Shown: positions 18,538 through 27,473 of the stretch, one piece after another | Layout of the letters: every line of letters starts with the position of its first letter | Numbering within the stretch: the first letter of the stretch is position 1 | IMG/VR virus record: IMGVR_UViG_2784746785_000001 | Location: 11,017-75,016 of that record | Reading direction: 5' to 3' (one strand) | Length of the DNA: 64,000 nt | Source: a virus | Lineage: Duplodnaviria; Caudoviricetes | The notes under the pieces: model-generated | Databases searched by the model: none | What the model saw: the letters and a program-made list of their open reading frames with translations, nothing else | What the model was told of the DNA's origin: nothing | Position numbers and translations under genes: made by a program

Positions 18538-20790
18538 TCACTTGTGCTCCTTCAGCCACGGATTGACGGCATACTTGGGAAGCGGCGGTCTGCCGGTCCC
18601 GGATGCCTTCTGCGGCCTCTGCGCGATGTATCCGTAGTCCTCAAGGAAGTCGAGAACCGGCTGGATGCTCTCCACGGTCTTGAAGGTCCGGCACATACGC
18701 ATGGCGTCACGCCGGTCGAAGTGGTCGATGTTCCGCTCCTTGAGCTTCTGGAGGATCATGTCGGCGTTCTTGTACATCGCATCCTCGGGAAGAACGGAGT
18801 AGGCGGCCTGCGCGTGGTTCAGGAAGTACCTGCCAAGCCGGATCGCATTCTGCATGGTCTCGCCCGATACGGTGAGTGCGCTGTGGACGTCGAGGAAGTC
18901 GTGGCTCTGATAGGTGGCTGCCCGGCAGAGGAGCCCGGCGATGCGCAGCACGTTGCCGACGAGCTTTCCAGCCCAGTCGGCCATCTCCGCATAGCCGGTG
19001 GTGAGCTTGGGCTCCAGCCAGTTGGCGAAGGCTTCAAGCTCGCGGTCGGCTTCCGGGCTGAGCGTGATGGTCTGCGGCTTCTCCGGGTACTCGTCGTCCA
19101 GCAGGTTTACGACCAGACGCTCATAGGCGCGGTAGATACTGTCGGTCACGGCCTCGCTCCGGTAGCGCCTGCTTCCCACACTGGAGACGGGCATGCTGTA
19201 GAGGAACCTCGCGGTGAGCCCTCGTCCGCGGAAGGTCGTGTTGCTGAGGACCGCGGAGACGACGTTCGGCTGCGCCATCAGGAGGATGGTGAGCGCCGGG
19301 TCCATGATGCTTTCACTGTCACGCCCGATACGGTCGACGCGGATCGTGTCTCCCGAGTAGCCCTTGAGCATGACGTCGATGTTCACGTTCCGCGTGTAGA
19401 TGCCGGAGAGCGTGTCGAAGATGCCGCCCTCACTGGAGATCAGCGAGGCGTGGCCGTGGTTGCTGGCGATGACGGAGACGAGCTTCTCGGTCGTAATATC
19501 ATCCACATACAATTGCAGCGGATTCACTTCCTCGAAGTCGGCGACCTCCTGCGCGATGCGCTCAAGCTCCTCCGGATCGGCGTTGCCCTTGGCGACCTTC
19601 TCCTCGAGGGCCTTCTGCCTGCGCTCCAGCACGCGCTTCTGCATGCGTCCCGCCTCGACGGCAGCGGCGTTGGTCTTGTTGTATTCGACCTCGTAGTCGT
19701 TGACCGGCTGCAGCATCAGATGCAATACCGACGACTTCCTCTCGGACGGCGGTGCGATGACGATCACGTAGGTGTTGAGCGGCTCCACCCAGTCGGACTT
19801 GCCCTGAATCCGGTACTTCTTCTGAAGACAGGTCGACAGGACGCTGATTGCAATGCTGCCTGCCATGTCGACGCTGGTCTGCGTGCTCTCCGCGACAGCA
19901 CGAACATAGTCGGCTATCGCCTGCGGGAGTGCGTCGACCGGGAAGGGCGCCATCGTGTACCGTGAGAACGGCAGCGGCTCGCTCCATCCGGTGTCCGGAT
20001 TGTTGTACTCCTGCGGGCTCACGTAGCCGGGCTGGCTTGCGATCTTCGCATAGTATTTCTGTGCGCTTCTCCAGATGTGGTTCAGCTCCTCCGTGGAGAG
20101 CGGCGGCTGGCATTTCTCCGCTTCCGTGAAATACGCGTTCTTGGATTCCTCTGAATCGCCATAGCGTTTCATGGAGCGTACTGCCCAGTGGAACATCGTG
20201 TTGTTCCGGCTGCCCTCCGGAATCGTGGCCTGCTTCTCGTAGCCGCCCGGCATGTCCCTGTCGAACTCGTCGCCGAACAGGAAGTCCGTGAGCGTCTTGC
20301 CTCCGGGATGGAACTCGACCTCCGGGTTCCTTGTCCCGTAGAGGAAGCGTGCCGCGTCGAGCGCGTTCGCATCCAGGTAGGGGAAGATTTCGTGCAGGAG
20401 CTGTTTCAATGCGACGTACGCCTCGTAGTCGGTCATCGGATCGATCTGGAAGAACAGGTGGAACCGCGGCCTTGCGGATTTCCCGTCCTTGGGCCGCATG
20501 TTGTGGCGGCTGTAGTGGACGGCGAAGAAGACGCCGGGCAGTGCCTTCTGAATATCCGCAGGCGTCTTCCAGTCACGCTTGCTGTCGGAGTGGTCGTTGT
20601 CACAGTCGACCGGCAGGCAGTCCGAGGAGATGAAGTTGTCGTTGCCGCGATAGTTGTTCCTGTACTTGGCGCACACGTGGTCGTGCGAGACGGCTCTTTT
20701 GAAGCTCGCCTCGTCGGCGACCTCGATTGGGTGCGGGTAGACGCAGTTGGATTCTTGCTGGTAGGCGTCAGATGTATAGATGGTGAACAT
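18538..20790 (-). CDS. Primase-polymerase-like/PriCT domain fused to a DUF3987 (YfjI-like) P-loop domain
   Basis: CLPVDCDNDH, HYSRHN, RPRFHLFF (AEP-like); IPEGSRNNTMF (PriCT); FPVDALP, SERKSS, SSEGGIF and GLTARFLY (DUF3987). Confidence 0.8.
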   Translation of the reverse strand: MFTIYTSDAYQQESNCVYPHPIEVADEASFKRAVSHDHVCAKYRNNYRGNDNFISSDCLPVDCDNDHSDSKRDWKTPADIQKALPGVFFAVHYSRHNMRPKDGKSARPRFHLFFQIDPMTDYEAYVALKQLLHEIFPYLDANALDAARFLYGTRNPEVEFHPGGKTLTDFLFGDEFDRDMPGGYEKQATIPEGSRNNTMFHWAVRSMKRYGDSEESKNAYFTEAEKCQPPLSTEELNHIWRSAQKYYAKIASQPGYVSPQEYNNPDTGWSEPLPFSRYTMAPFPVDALPQAIADYVRAVAESTQTSVDMAGSIAISVLSTCLQKKYRIQGKSDWVEPLNTYVIVIAPPSERKSSVLHLMLQPVNDYEVEYNKTNAAAVEAGRMQKRVLERRQKALEEKVAKGNADPEELERIAQEVADFEEVNPLQLYVDDITTEKLVSVIASNHGHASLISSEGGIFDTLSGIYTRNVNIDVMLKGYSGDTIRVDRIGRDSESIMDPALTILLMAQPNVVSAVLSNTTFRGRGLTARFLYSMPVSSVGSRRYRSEAVTDSIYRAYERLVVNLLDDEYPEKPQTITLSPEADRELEAFANWLEPKLTTGYAEMADWAGKLVGNVLRIAGLLCRAATYQSHDFLDVHSALTVSGETMQNAIRLGRYFLNHAQAAYSVLPEDAMYKNADMILQKLKERNIDHFDRRDAMRMCRTFKTVESIQPVLDFLEDYGYIAQRPQKASGTGRPPLPKYAVNPWLKEHK

Positions 20791-21119
20791 CAGTCGTACA
20801 CCTCCTTCGATTCTTCCTCCAGCACCTGTACGATGAACTTTAGGGCCATGATCATGGTTTCAAGCTCGCAGTCACCGCCGAGGGTAACCTCGAAGCCGCC
20901 GTTCCCGTACCTGTCCTGGATCGGGTTCACACGGATATCCGTGCCGCCGAGATCTGTGACACGGAAGAAGGTGCGTCCGCCGTGACCGGTGTCGCCTCCC
21001 ATATATCCGGTTGTTCCGGCCTCGGCCTCCAGCACGTTCGCGCTTTCGATCTCGCGGCTGTAGGTGGTGATGCTGGTTCCGTCGTAGAGCGTCCGCCTGT
21101 TTTCATTGATTGCATGCAT
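20790..21119 (-). CDS. Conserved phage hypothetical protein
   Basis: AGTTGYMGGDTGHGGRTF...GGDCELET; RBS GGAGG. Confidence 0.75.
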   Translation of the reverse strand: MHAINENRRTLYDGTSITTYSREIESANVLEAEAGTTGYMGGDTGHGGRTFFRVTDLGGTDIRVNPIQDRYGNGGFEVTLGGDCELETMIMALKFIVQVLEEESKEVYD

Positions 21120-21121
21120 GG

Positions 21122-21538
21122 TTAGACCTCCTTTAAATTCTCTGTGAAATAGCGCAGTCGGTATCCCTTCCAGCGGGCGTGTTTGATTTCCGTCGTCATA
21201 CCACGCGATATGCGGTTTCCGAACACCCAGACCTCGGCACACTTGCTCATGAGCGCGTTCCCAAAGAAGAGTCCGAGCTTGCGCTCCGTTGGATCGCTGT
21301 CGTCAAGGAACTGCGGGAACAGCAGGTGCGGCGCAATCGGGATGTATCCCTGATCGACCACGAAACGGCAGTAGCGCCTTGCCGCCTCCACGTTTTTCTG
21401 GATGTTGCCCGTATATGGTGAGCAGACATAGACGATGGGACGGAAAGCCCGGAGCGCCTTCTTTTCCTCGAGCTCGATACGGCTCAAGGCCTCGCAGCAT
21501 GTCGGGTCCGGATAGCCCTCAAAATTCCTGTAATCCAA
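21122..21538 (-). CDS. DUF4406-like (nucleoside deoxyribosyltransferase-fold) protein
   Basis: VYVCSPYTG, PIAPHLLFPQF, CAEVWVFG, SRGMTTEI. TTG start inferred. Confidence 0.75.
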   Translation of the reverse strand: MDYRNFEGYPDPTCCEALSRIELEEKKALRAFRPIVYVCSPYTGNIQKNVEAARRYCRFVVDQGYIPIAPHLLFPQFLDDSDPTERKLGLFFGNALMSKCAEVWVFGNRISRGMTTEIKHARWKGYRLRYFTENLKEV

Positions 21539-21586
21539 ACCGGTATCCTCCTTTCCGGCAGGCAATAGAAAAAGCGGCCTGCCTCT

Positions 21587-21622
21587 ACTTCCCACTGGAG
21601 GAGACAGACCGCTTTTGACGAA
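21587..21622 (-). promoter_or_regulatory. Candidate phage-sigma promoter, copy 1
   Basis: Minus strand TTCGTCAAAA-N11-CCTCCAGTGGGAAGT; identical arms and spacing at 26122-26157. Confidence 0.65.
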
Positions 21623-21628
21623 ACAGAT

Positions 21629-23626
21629 TCAGTTTTTCTTATAGAAATCGCAGACGTACCCGTCTGCACGCAGCACCAGACCATCCGCCCAAGAAGGGGC
21701 GCGTCCCATCTGCTCGCACAATGCGTCGAGCGAGACGCGCGGATCGGCTTCGATGACAAGCTCGTCATGGATATGCATGCAGATAGCGCAATGCCGGAGC
21801 GTCTTCATCGAATTGCACAGGATGTCGCGGGAGGTGGCCTGCACGATGTTCTCCACAAACTTCGGACCGTACGATTCGAGGCGCTCCCATTTCTTCGTGC
21901 CACCCACGCCCTCGTAGGTGATGCACTCGCTGCCGAAACGGTTCATGCCGACCTTTGGCTTCACATACGCGAGGCTCCGTCCGGACGGCAGGGTGATGAA
22001 CAGCATCCCGGACTGCCAGAAGAAGGTGAGCTTCCCAAGCCGGGTGGTGCGGTGGTTTTTCACGGCCTGCATGACGGCCTTGTCGACGTCCCACCAGAAG
22101 CGGACGATCTGCTGGTTTGCATCCCGCCACGAGGACACGATGTCCGGAAGTTCATCCTCGGAAAGTCCCATCTCGAGAGCGCCCATCGCCTTCAATGCGC
22201 CTGTCGAGCCGCCGTAGCCGCATGCCAGTTCAGCGATCTTACCCTTGGCGCGGAGCTCACCATTCACGCCGTGTTTGACGACCGGCTTGTGGAACATGCG
22301 GCTTGCTGTACTGCAGTAGATGTCCTCGCCGTTTGCGAATGCGTCGGATTTCCATTGCTCGCCTGCGTACCATGCGATGACTCTGGCTTCGATGGCGGAG
22401 AAGTCCGCCACATAGAACCGGCAGCCGTCCTGAGGTATGAACGCCGTGCGGATGAGCTGGCTAAGCGTATCCGGCACATCCTCGTAGATCATCTTTAAGG
22501 CTTCGTATTCGCCGGACTTCACAAGCGCCCGCGCAGCATCCAGGTCAGGCAGATGGTTCTGCGGCAGATTCTGCAATTGGATGAGTCTCCCGGCCCAGCG
22601 CCCGGTGCGGTTTGCGCCGTAGAACATGAACATGCCTCGCGCACGGCTGTCGGAGCATACGGCACGCTGCATTGTCTGGTATTTCTTCACGCTGGATTTC
22701 GCAAGCTGCTGCCGAAGTTCCAGCACCTCCGCAAGCTCAGGAGGAGCGGTCTTGAGCAGTGCGGCGACGGCTTTCTTGCCGAGGCTGTTGACCTCCATGC
22801 CGTTGTCGGAGAGCCACCGCTTCATCTGTTGGACGCTGTTCGGATTCTCCAAGTCCGTCAATTTCTGCATCTTCTCTGTGAGCTCGCTGCGGGAGCGGGT
22901 GTCCATGTCGAGGGCCTTTTCCACGAGATCCATGTCGATGCGCACGCCGCGGTCGTTGATCTTCTGATCGATGTGGTACTCATTCCACACGAAGTCCGGC
23001 ACAGGAAAATTCCGGAGTCGCTTCTGGATCAACATCTCGACTTCGACATCTCGCTTGTTGTATCTCTTGAACGTTGCCCACTTGGCTGGATCATCGGAGG
23101 GCCGATTACGTGTCCTGCCGCCGTTTGCCTTGGTAGGTGCGCAGGGGACGGAGAAGTAACGAATCAGTGCCTTTCCCTCGTCCATCTTCTGGTCTTCGAG
23201 ATTTAGGACTGCGCCGACTCCCTTTAGGGAGAGTGGGAGCCCCATTGTTGCTGCCCACACCATCGAGCAGCGCCAGCCCTGCGGATTCAGGAACCGGGCA
23301 GGCTCGGTCGACAGTGGATGCTTGTCGTGGAACGGATCAAGGCTTCGGCCCAGGTCACGCAGGTAGCGTGACAGGCAGACGCGTTCGAAGTTCGCGTTAA
23401 AGGCCCACTTGAGAACCGTGTCGTCGGTCAGGGCGTCCAGAATGTCCTCCGGGATCTGTTCACCGCAGGAAAGGTCGATGACCTGCACCGGTCCGTCGTC
23501 AACGCTGTAGCCGAACAGGAGAATTTCAAAGGAAGGCGACTCTGAATACTTGTATACGCCGCATTTGCCAAGACCGATGTCGGAAAACGTCTCGATGTCT
23601 ATGCTGATTGTCTTCACATTTTTCAC
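21629..23626 (-). CDS. Phage DNA polymerase, family A
   Basis: SIDIETFS (3'-5' exonuclease), ADFSAIEARV (motif A), KIAELACGYGG (motif B), MHIHDEL (motif C). Confidence 0.95.
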   Translation of the reverse strand: MKNVKTISIDIETFSDIGLGKCGVYKYSESPSFEILLFGYSVDDGPVQVIDLSCGEQIPEDILDALTDDTVLKWAFNANFERVCLSRYLRDLGRSLDPFHDKHPLSTEPARFLNPQGWRCSMVWAATMGLPLSLKGVGAVLNLEDQKMDEGKALIRYFSVPCAPTKANGGRTRNRPSDDPAKWATFKRYNKRDVEVEMLIQKRLRNFPVPDFVWNEYHIDQKINDRGVRIDMDLVEKALDMDTRSRSELTEKMQKLTDLENPNSVQQMKRWLSDNGMEVNSLGKKAVAALLKTAPPELAEVLELRQQLAKSSVKKYQTMQRAVCSDSRARGMFMFYGANRTGRWAGRLIQLQNLPQNHLPDLDAARALVKSGEYEALKMIYEDVPDTLSQLIRTAFIPQDGCRFYVADFSAIEARVIAWYAGEQWKSDAFANGEDIYCSTASRMFHKPVVKHGVNGELRAKGKIAELACGYGGSTGALKAMGALEMGLSEDELPDIVSSWRDANQQIVRFWWDVDKAVMQAVKNHRTTRLGKLTFFWQSGMLFITLPSGRSLAYVKPKVGMNRFGSECITYEGVGGTKKWERLESYGPKFVENIVQATSRDILCNSMKTLRHCAICMHIHDELVIEADPRVSLDALCEQMGRAPSWADGLVLRADGYVCDFYKKN

Positions 23627-23694
23627 CTCAATTCACGAATAAGGCGGCAGAGAGATAGGTCCCTGCCGCCCGCAATACTTGTATGGTTTATGGC

Positions 23695-23892
23695 TTAGCC
23701 GCGATGCGCTTCAAGCTCCTTCATGCGGCGCTCGTGGTACTCCTTGTCACGCTCTTCCTGACGGAGCTTGAGCTCCTTGTCCTCACGGTAGGAGCGGGCG
23801 CTCGTGACCGAGATGATGATCAGGAGCGCGATGCCGCTGAGACCGAGCAGGTCGTAGATGATGTAGAGAATCATGTTCATAATGGTTTCCAT
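23695..23892 (-). CDS. Small membrane-anchored hypothetical protein
   Basis: N-terminal hydrophobic stretch followed by a charged tail; RBS GGAGG. Confidence 0.6.
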   Translation of the reverse strand: METIMNMILYIIYDLLGLSGIALLIIISVTSARSYREDKELKLRQEERDKEYHERRMKELEAHRG

Positions 23893-23904
23893 TGGTTTGC
23901 CTCC

Positions 23905-24483
23905 TTAGTTCAGGAAATCGTCGTCGCTGTCGGTTGCAAAGTCCGCGAAGTCGGATTCAGCGCTGGCCTTGCTGCCGAGCGGTTCGCCGTCACGGATCTT
24001 CTGCAGGTTGTTCAGCCCGCAGGCGATACCGCGGTTGCCGGAGCTGTTGAACGCGTAGAACGTGATGCTGGCTCTGCCGTACACGCCGGAGTACACCTCG
24101 CTGCGGCTCATGATCGGGTTGAGATCCGCGTCCACGATGCCGGGAGCAGTCGTGGCGTTTGCGTTCACGAAGTAGGCGTTACGGTATGCCTCGTCGTCCG
24201 GGCGCTCCACATCGCCGTCACGAAGCGGCATCTTGATTGCGGAAAGGGCTGGCACAGACTTGCTGTTGCCCTTGAGCTTGGCTTCGCCCTCCTTGTAGGC
24301 CGCTTCGATGGCTGCCTTGATCTTGGCGACGGTCACGGTGTCGGATTTCGGGATGATGAGCGATACCGAGTACTTTGGCGTGCCACCGTTGATGGACTTG
24401 GGCTCCCACACGTTGGCGTAGGACCAGCGGGTGTTCACACCGGTGATGACCTTCATAGGATTGTGCATGGTTGTTTTACTCAT
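23905..24483 (-). CDS. DUF2815 ssDNA-binding protein
   Basis: RWSYANVWEPK, PKYSVSLIIPK, PLRDGD, GIACGLNNLQKIRDGEPL; acidic tail DDDFLN. Confidence 0.88.
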   Translation of the reverse strand: MSKTTMHNPMKVITGVNTRWSYANVWEPKSINGGTPKYSVSLIIPKSDTVTVAKIKAAIEAAYKEGEAKLKGNSKSVPALSAIKMPLRDGDVERPDDEAYRNAYFVNANATTAPGIVDADLNPIMSRSEVYSGVYGRASITFYAFNSSGNRGIACGLNNLQKIRDGEPLGSKASAESDFADFATDSDDDFLN

Positions 24484-25618
24484 GATCTTTTACCTCCATA
24501 AAATCGTTTTTGGCTGTATTCATCGCCGGACGCTTGTCTGAGTCCGGGACGAGGGTTGGTTTGCCCTGCGGCTTTTCGATGTAAGCCGACAGGAGTTCGT
24601 TGAACCGGTTCTTACCGAGGAACTTCTGCATGGCGGTGATGCTCAGTAGCTTTTGCTCGTACGGGTCGAATCCGGCGTTCTCGACTGCCGTTGCGACGGC
24701 GGTTTCATTGGTGTATTTGCGGACAGACCTGCCTTCGACGAGCTTGAAGCCGTGCCACTTTTTTCCGGAGAGTGCCTGCTGGAGCGCGTACTCCTTGATG
24801 TCGGACGCCCACAAGACCAACTCGTCCACCTGGGAGAGGATGGTTTCGATCTCCGCGTCGGAGAGCTCAGGCGGCAGCTTAAACTCGTACTGTGCGAGCT
24901 TCAGGTTCTCCTCGGCTCGCTTCCGGCAGATGGTCTTCGCCTTGCAGAACCGGCACCACGGGCCACAGGAGAATTCTCCATTGCCATTCCACGCCAGCTC
25001 CGCTGTGGGCTTCAGAACCTCGTTGGCCCATGCAAGCAGGTCCTTCTTGCTGATCTGCCATTCACTGATGTTCTGCCGCCTTGGCTGGTAGATGGTCATG
25101 CTGACCGTGTCGATGTCGTAGATATCGTCGAACAATTCGAGAGCACCGAGACTGTAGCAGGCCATCTGAGGATTGCGTTCCGCCGAGACCTCGACGCCCA
25201 GACCGTATTTCAGATCGATGATCCGGAGCGTGCCATCCGCGATGATCAAGGCGTCGGCGGTGCCGAAGCCCTGCTTCACCCAGTGAGAGAAGTTCACACG
25301 CTGTTCAACCAGAACAACCGGATCAGCGCATGTCTGCTTCGCATCCTCTACCTGCTCCAGCACGTAGGCGACATAGCCTTCCGTGGCCTCCTCCATCTCC
25401 TCGTTGTAGTAGTCGAGGCTCTCGGTCGGATCCTCCGCCGGGTAGCCGAGCGCCTTGCGGAGCTTGAATTCGGCAAGCGCGTGAGCGCAGGTGCCTTCGG
25501 CGGCGTAGCTGCTGCCTTCATCCTTGAATCCCTCGCTTAAGCGTACGGAAGGCGGGCAGTGAATCCACCTGTCCGAGCTCGATGCGGAGAGGACCGCGTG
25601 CTGTCTTTCAGAATTCAT
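24476..25618 (-). CDS. DUF2800 PD-(D/E)XK (Cas4-like) exonuclease
   Basis: HAVLSASSS.RW..CPPS, GFGTADA, IIDLKYG, CGPWCRFC. Confidence 0.88.
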   Translation of the reverse strand: MNSERQHAVLSASSSDRWIHCPPSVRLSEGFKDEGSSYAAEGTCAHALAEFKLRKALGYPAEDPTESLDYYNEEMEEATEGYVAYVLEQVEDAKQTCADPVVLVEQRVNFSHWVKQGFGTADALIIADGTLRIIDLKYGLGVEVSAERNPQMACYSLGALELFDDIYDIDTVSMTIYQPRRQNISEWQISKKDLLAWANEVLKPTAELAWNGNGEFSCGPWCRFCKAKTICRKRAEENLKLAQYEFKLPPELSDAEIETILSQVDELVLWASDIKEYALQQALSGKKWHGFKLVEGRSVRKYTNETAVATAVENAGFDPYEQKLLSITAMQKFLGKNRFNELLSAYIEKPQGKPTLVPDSDKRPAMNTAKNDFMEVKDHE

Positions 25619-25937
25619 TGAGTCCCTCCACATCGAAGAGCAGGGCCTCGTAGTCGTTCGGATCGACAGCCGACAGCTTGCTCGCACCGTACTTGTGGAG
25701 CAGCTCGCGGATCTGTGCCGTATAACCTGCGCGGGACCGTTCGGCAAGCACCTTCCGCACATCCTCCAGCTTCAGCTCCTTCTTCTCAGACTCAGCCTGC
25801 GGAGCTTCCGGCTCGGGAGCAGGTTCCTCCGTGGTGCCGGAGAACTGCTTGTAGAGCCAGTCGGCTGCATCATTGATAGCAGCGGCTGCATCGCGCAGGT
25901 CTTTGATGGTCTGATCCATGTCTGCCATTTTTGACAT
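25608..25937 (-). CDS. Hypothetical phage protein
   Basis: MSKMADM...LEDVRKVLAERSRAGYT..IRELLHKYGASKLS; usual neighbour of DUF2800. Confidence 0.75.
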   Translation of the reverse strand: MSKMADMDQTIKDLRDAAAAINDAADWLYKQFSGTTEEPAPEPEAPQAESEKKELKLEDVRKVLAERSRAGYTAQIRELLHKYGASKLSAVDPNDYEALLFDVEGLNEF

Positions 25938-26079
25938 TCTGTTTTCCTCCTTCCATTGATTTGCTTTCTGCTGCAAGAACACTCAGGTTCCTTGCTAGTC
26001 TTGCGGATACATGGCTTATCGCGATAAGAACTGCGATGGTTTCCGTGTCCGCGGGACTCCTGTTGCGCGTCTTGTTCAT
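25870..26079 (-). CDS. Small hypothetical protein
   Basis: MNKTRNRSPADTETIAVLIAISHVSARLARNL; RBS GGAGG. Confidence 0.6.
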   Translation of the reverse strand: MNKTRNRSPADTETIAVLIAISHVSARLARNLSVLAAESKSMEGGKQNVKNGRHGSDHQRPARCSRCYQ

Positions 26080-26121
26080 GGCGTCTGCCTCCTTTCCGGA
26101 GCAGATTTCTGTGCTCCTTAC

Positions 26122-26157
26122 ACTTCCCACTGGAGGCAGGGCACGCGTTTTGACGAA
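26122..26157 (-). promoter_or_regulatory. Candidate phage-sigma promoter, copy 2
   Basis: Same motif as 21587-21622; just downstream of the sigma-like gene. Confidence 0.65.
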
Positions 26158-26220
26158 GACGGAGGGAAGAAATTCTGAAAAAGCTCCGACCGCCATTTCA
26201 GGCAGCCGGAGCCGTGGGCT

Positions 26221-26745
26221 TTAGAACCAGTCCGGGAACTGTTCGGACATCGCTTCGGGGAACTCCTCACAAAGTTTCTCCCTGGCTTTTTCCAAACGGG
26301 ACCGGAAAGTCGTCCGCTTGATGCCGATGATGTCAGCGATGGCTTCATCGGAGAGACCGTCCTCGCGGAGCTTGCCGATCTGGATGGCTTCCGGCATGAG
26401 CTCCTGCAGACGCTTGAGCAACTGGGCGAGCTCGGCTTCATCGGCGAGCACCTCCTCGATGAGCGGCGCGTCGTCCGGCACGTAGTCGCCGAGCGTTCCC
26501 CCGCCGTCAGGCAGAGGATCATCAAGGGAGACGGTCGTGCTGTTGTGGAATTCGCAGTCCGGGCAGTTGCCGTCGCACAGCCACCATTTGCTGCGCGGAC
26601 AGAAGCATTCGCCTCGATACTGCATGCGCTTCCTGAGCGCTGTGCGCCAGCGGTCATACTCGCGGTACTGGTCCTCCGGGACCTCGTACCAGGTGCGAGT
26701 GGTCTTGTCGTAGATGCGTTTACTCTGGTTGTCATTGGTTTTCAT
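26221..26745 (-). CDS. Sigma-70 region-4-like transcription factor with a Cys cluster
   Basis: CFCPRSKWWLCDGNCPDCEF; C-terminal HTH GLSDEAIADIIGIKRTTFRSRL. Confidence 0.8.
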   Translation of the reverse strand: MKTNDNQSKRIYDKTTRTWYEVPEDQYREYDRWRTALRKRMQYRGECFCPRSKWWLCDGNCPDCEFHNSTTVSLDDPLPDGGGTLGDYVPDDAPLIEEVLADEAELAQLLKRLQELMPEAIQIGKLREDGLSDEAIADIIGIKRTTFRSRLEKAREKLCEEFPEAMSEQFPDWF

Positions 26746-26787
26746 GTGCGATACCTCCGTTCGCTTCTCCCGAACCGGAGGCCGCAC

Positions 26788-26850
26788 AAAAAAAGCGTGG
26801 CAGGCCAGACGGAACGGGAATTCAACTCGTTTCGTTCGGCCAGCCACGCT
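26788..26850 (-). terminator. Leader terminator (attenuator) upstream of the sigma-like gene
   Basis: Long stem closed by AGCGTGGC/GCCACGCT and followed by T7 on the minus strand, about 45 nt before the ATG. Confidence 0.7.
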
Positions 26851-26974
26851 CGTAGACTGGTTTCTTATTCACTTGTGACCGCTATGGCAGCTCGAGCCAC
26901 CTCTGTGCACCGGGGTGAACCGCCATGACGGTGAGCCTTTTAACGCCATACTCAGGGCAATGCAAATTACCTAA

Positions 26975-27169
26975 TTAGCGAAGATCCGCCTCTATGGCGT
27001 AAAGCTCGCTGAATACGTCCGGCAGATCCGCCGGATCAAGATCCTCGGCGCCATGAGCGCCGTAACGCTGGAATACGGAATCAATAACCTCTGGCCCGAT
27101 TTCAGAGGAGATAATGGAAGCTGACTCCTCGATGCTATTGATGTAGTCCTGTTTACTAATGCTTGACAT
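26975..27169 (-). CDS. Small acidic hypothetical protein
   Basis: 64-aa ORF with RBS AAGGAG; first gene of the leftward early unit. Confidence 0.6.
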   Translation of the reverse strand: MSSISKQDYINSIEESASIISSEIGPEVIDSVFQRYGAHGAEDLDPADLPDVFSELYAIEADLR

Positions 27170-27430
27170 ACTTTGTCTCCTTGTTTTGCTGGCTCCTCTT
27201 CCAGAGAAGGAGACCTGTTTTTTGCTTTGCGAGGCGCCTCACTGGATAGCGACTGATCGGTTCGCCTTTTGACTCCTCACGCTTTCTTGTTTGTGTCCTT
27301 AACGCAAACATTTAGTTTGACTTTTGAACGTCATCGTGCTATACTTATTTGGTAGTCTTATGCATGGCACGACTCCGTCTCTGAAGTCGCTTTTAATATA
27401 CGAAATCGGATTTTTGACCTGGGGATAGTT

Positions 27431-27457
27431 TGGTACGGCATGGTACGGCGTGGTACG
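27431..27457. repeat. Three 10-bp-phased TGGTACG direct repeats
   Basis: TGGTACG at 27431, 27441 and 27451. Confidence 0.85.
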
Positions 27458-27473
27458 AAAGTTGTGAGGAGGG

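Larger units (their letters stand above)
1..27300 (-). mobile_element. Prophage (siphovirus, HK97-type head, phi-m46.1-like gene order), truncated by the left window edge
   Basis: Continuous minus-strand replication, packaging, head and tail modules. GC-rich codon usage ends near 27.3 kb. Lysis and integration genes are not in the window. Confidence 0.93.

Noticed and set aside
24476-25618. Cas4-like nuclease as evidence for CRISPR-Cas
   Set aside because: It is the phage DUF2800 gene in its normal context; no array or other cas genes were seen.
265-26928. Many long plus-strand ORFs over the prophage (e.g. 5007-6020, 5875-7026, 12614-14080, 18544-19965)
   Set aside because: They are antisense shadows of well-supported minus-strand genes in GC-rich DNA, with no motifs or RBS.
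27198-27273. Possible third copy of the phage-sigma promoter motif
   Set aside because: Arms are degenerate and spacing differs from the two exact copies.
27431-27457. Short periodic repeats as a CRISPR array
   Set aside because: 7-bp units at a 10-bp period with no spacers fit operator sites, not an array.
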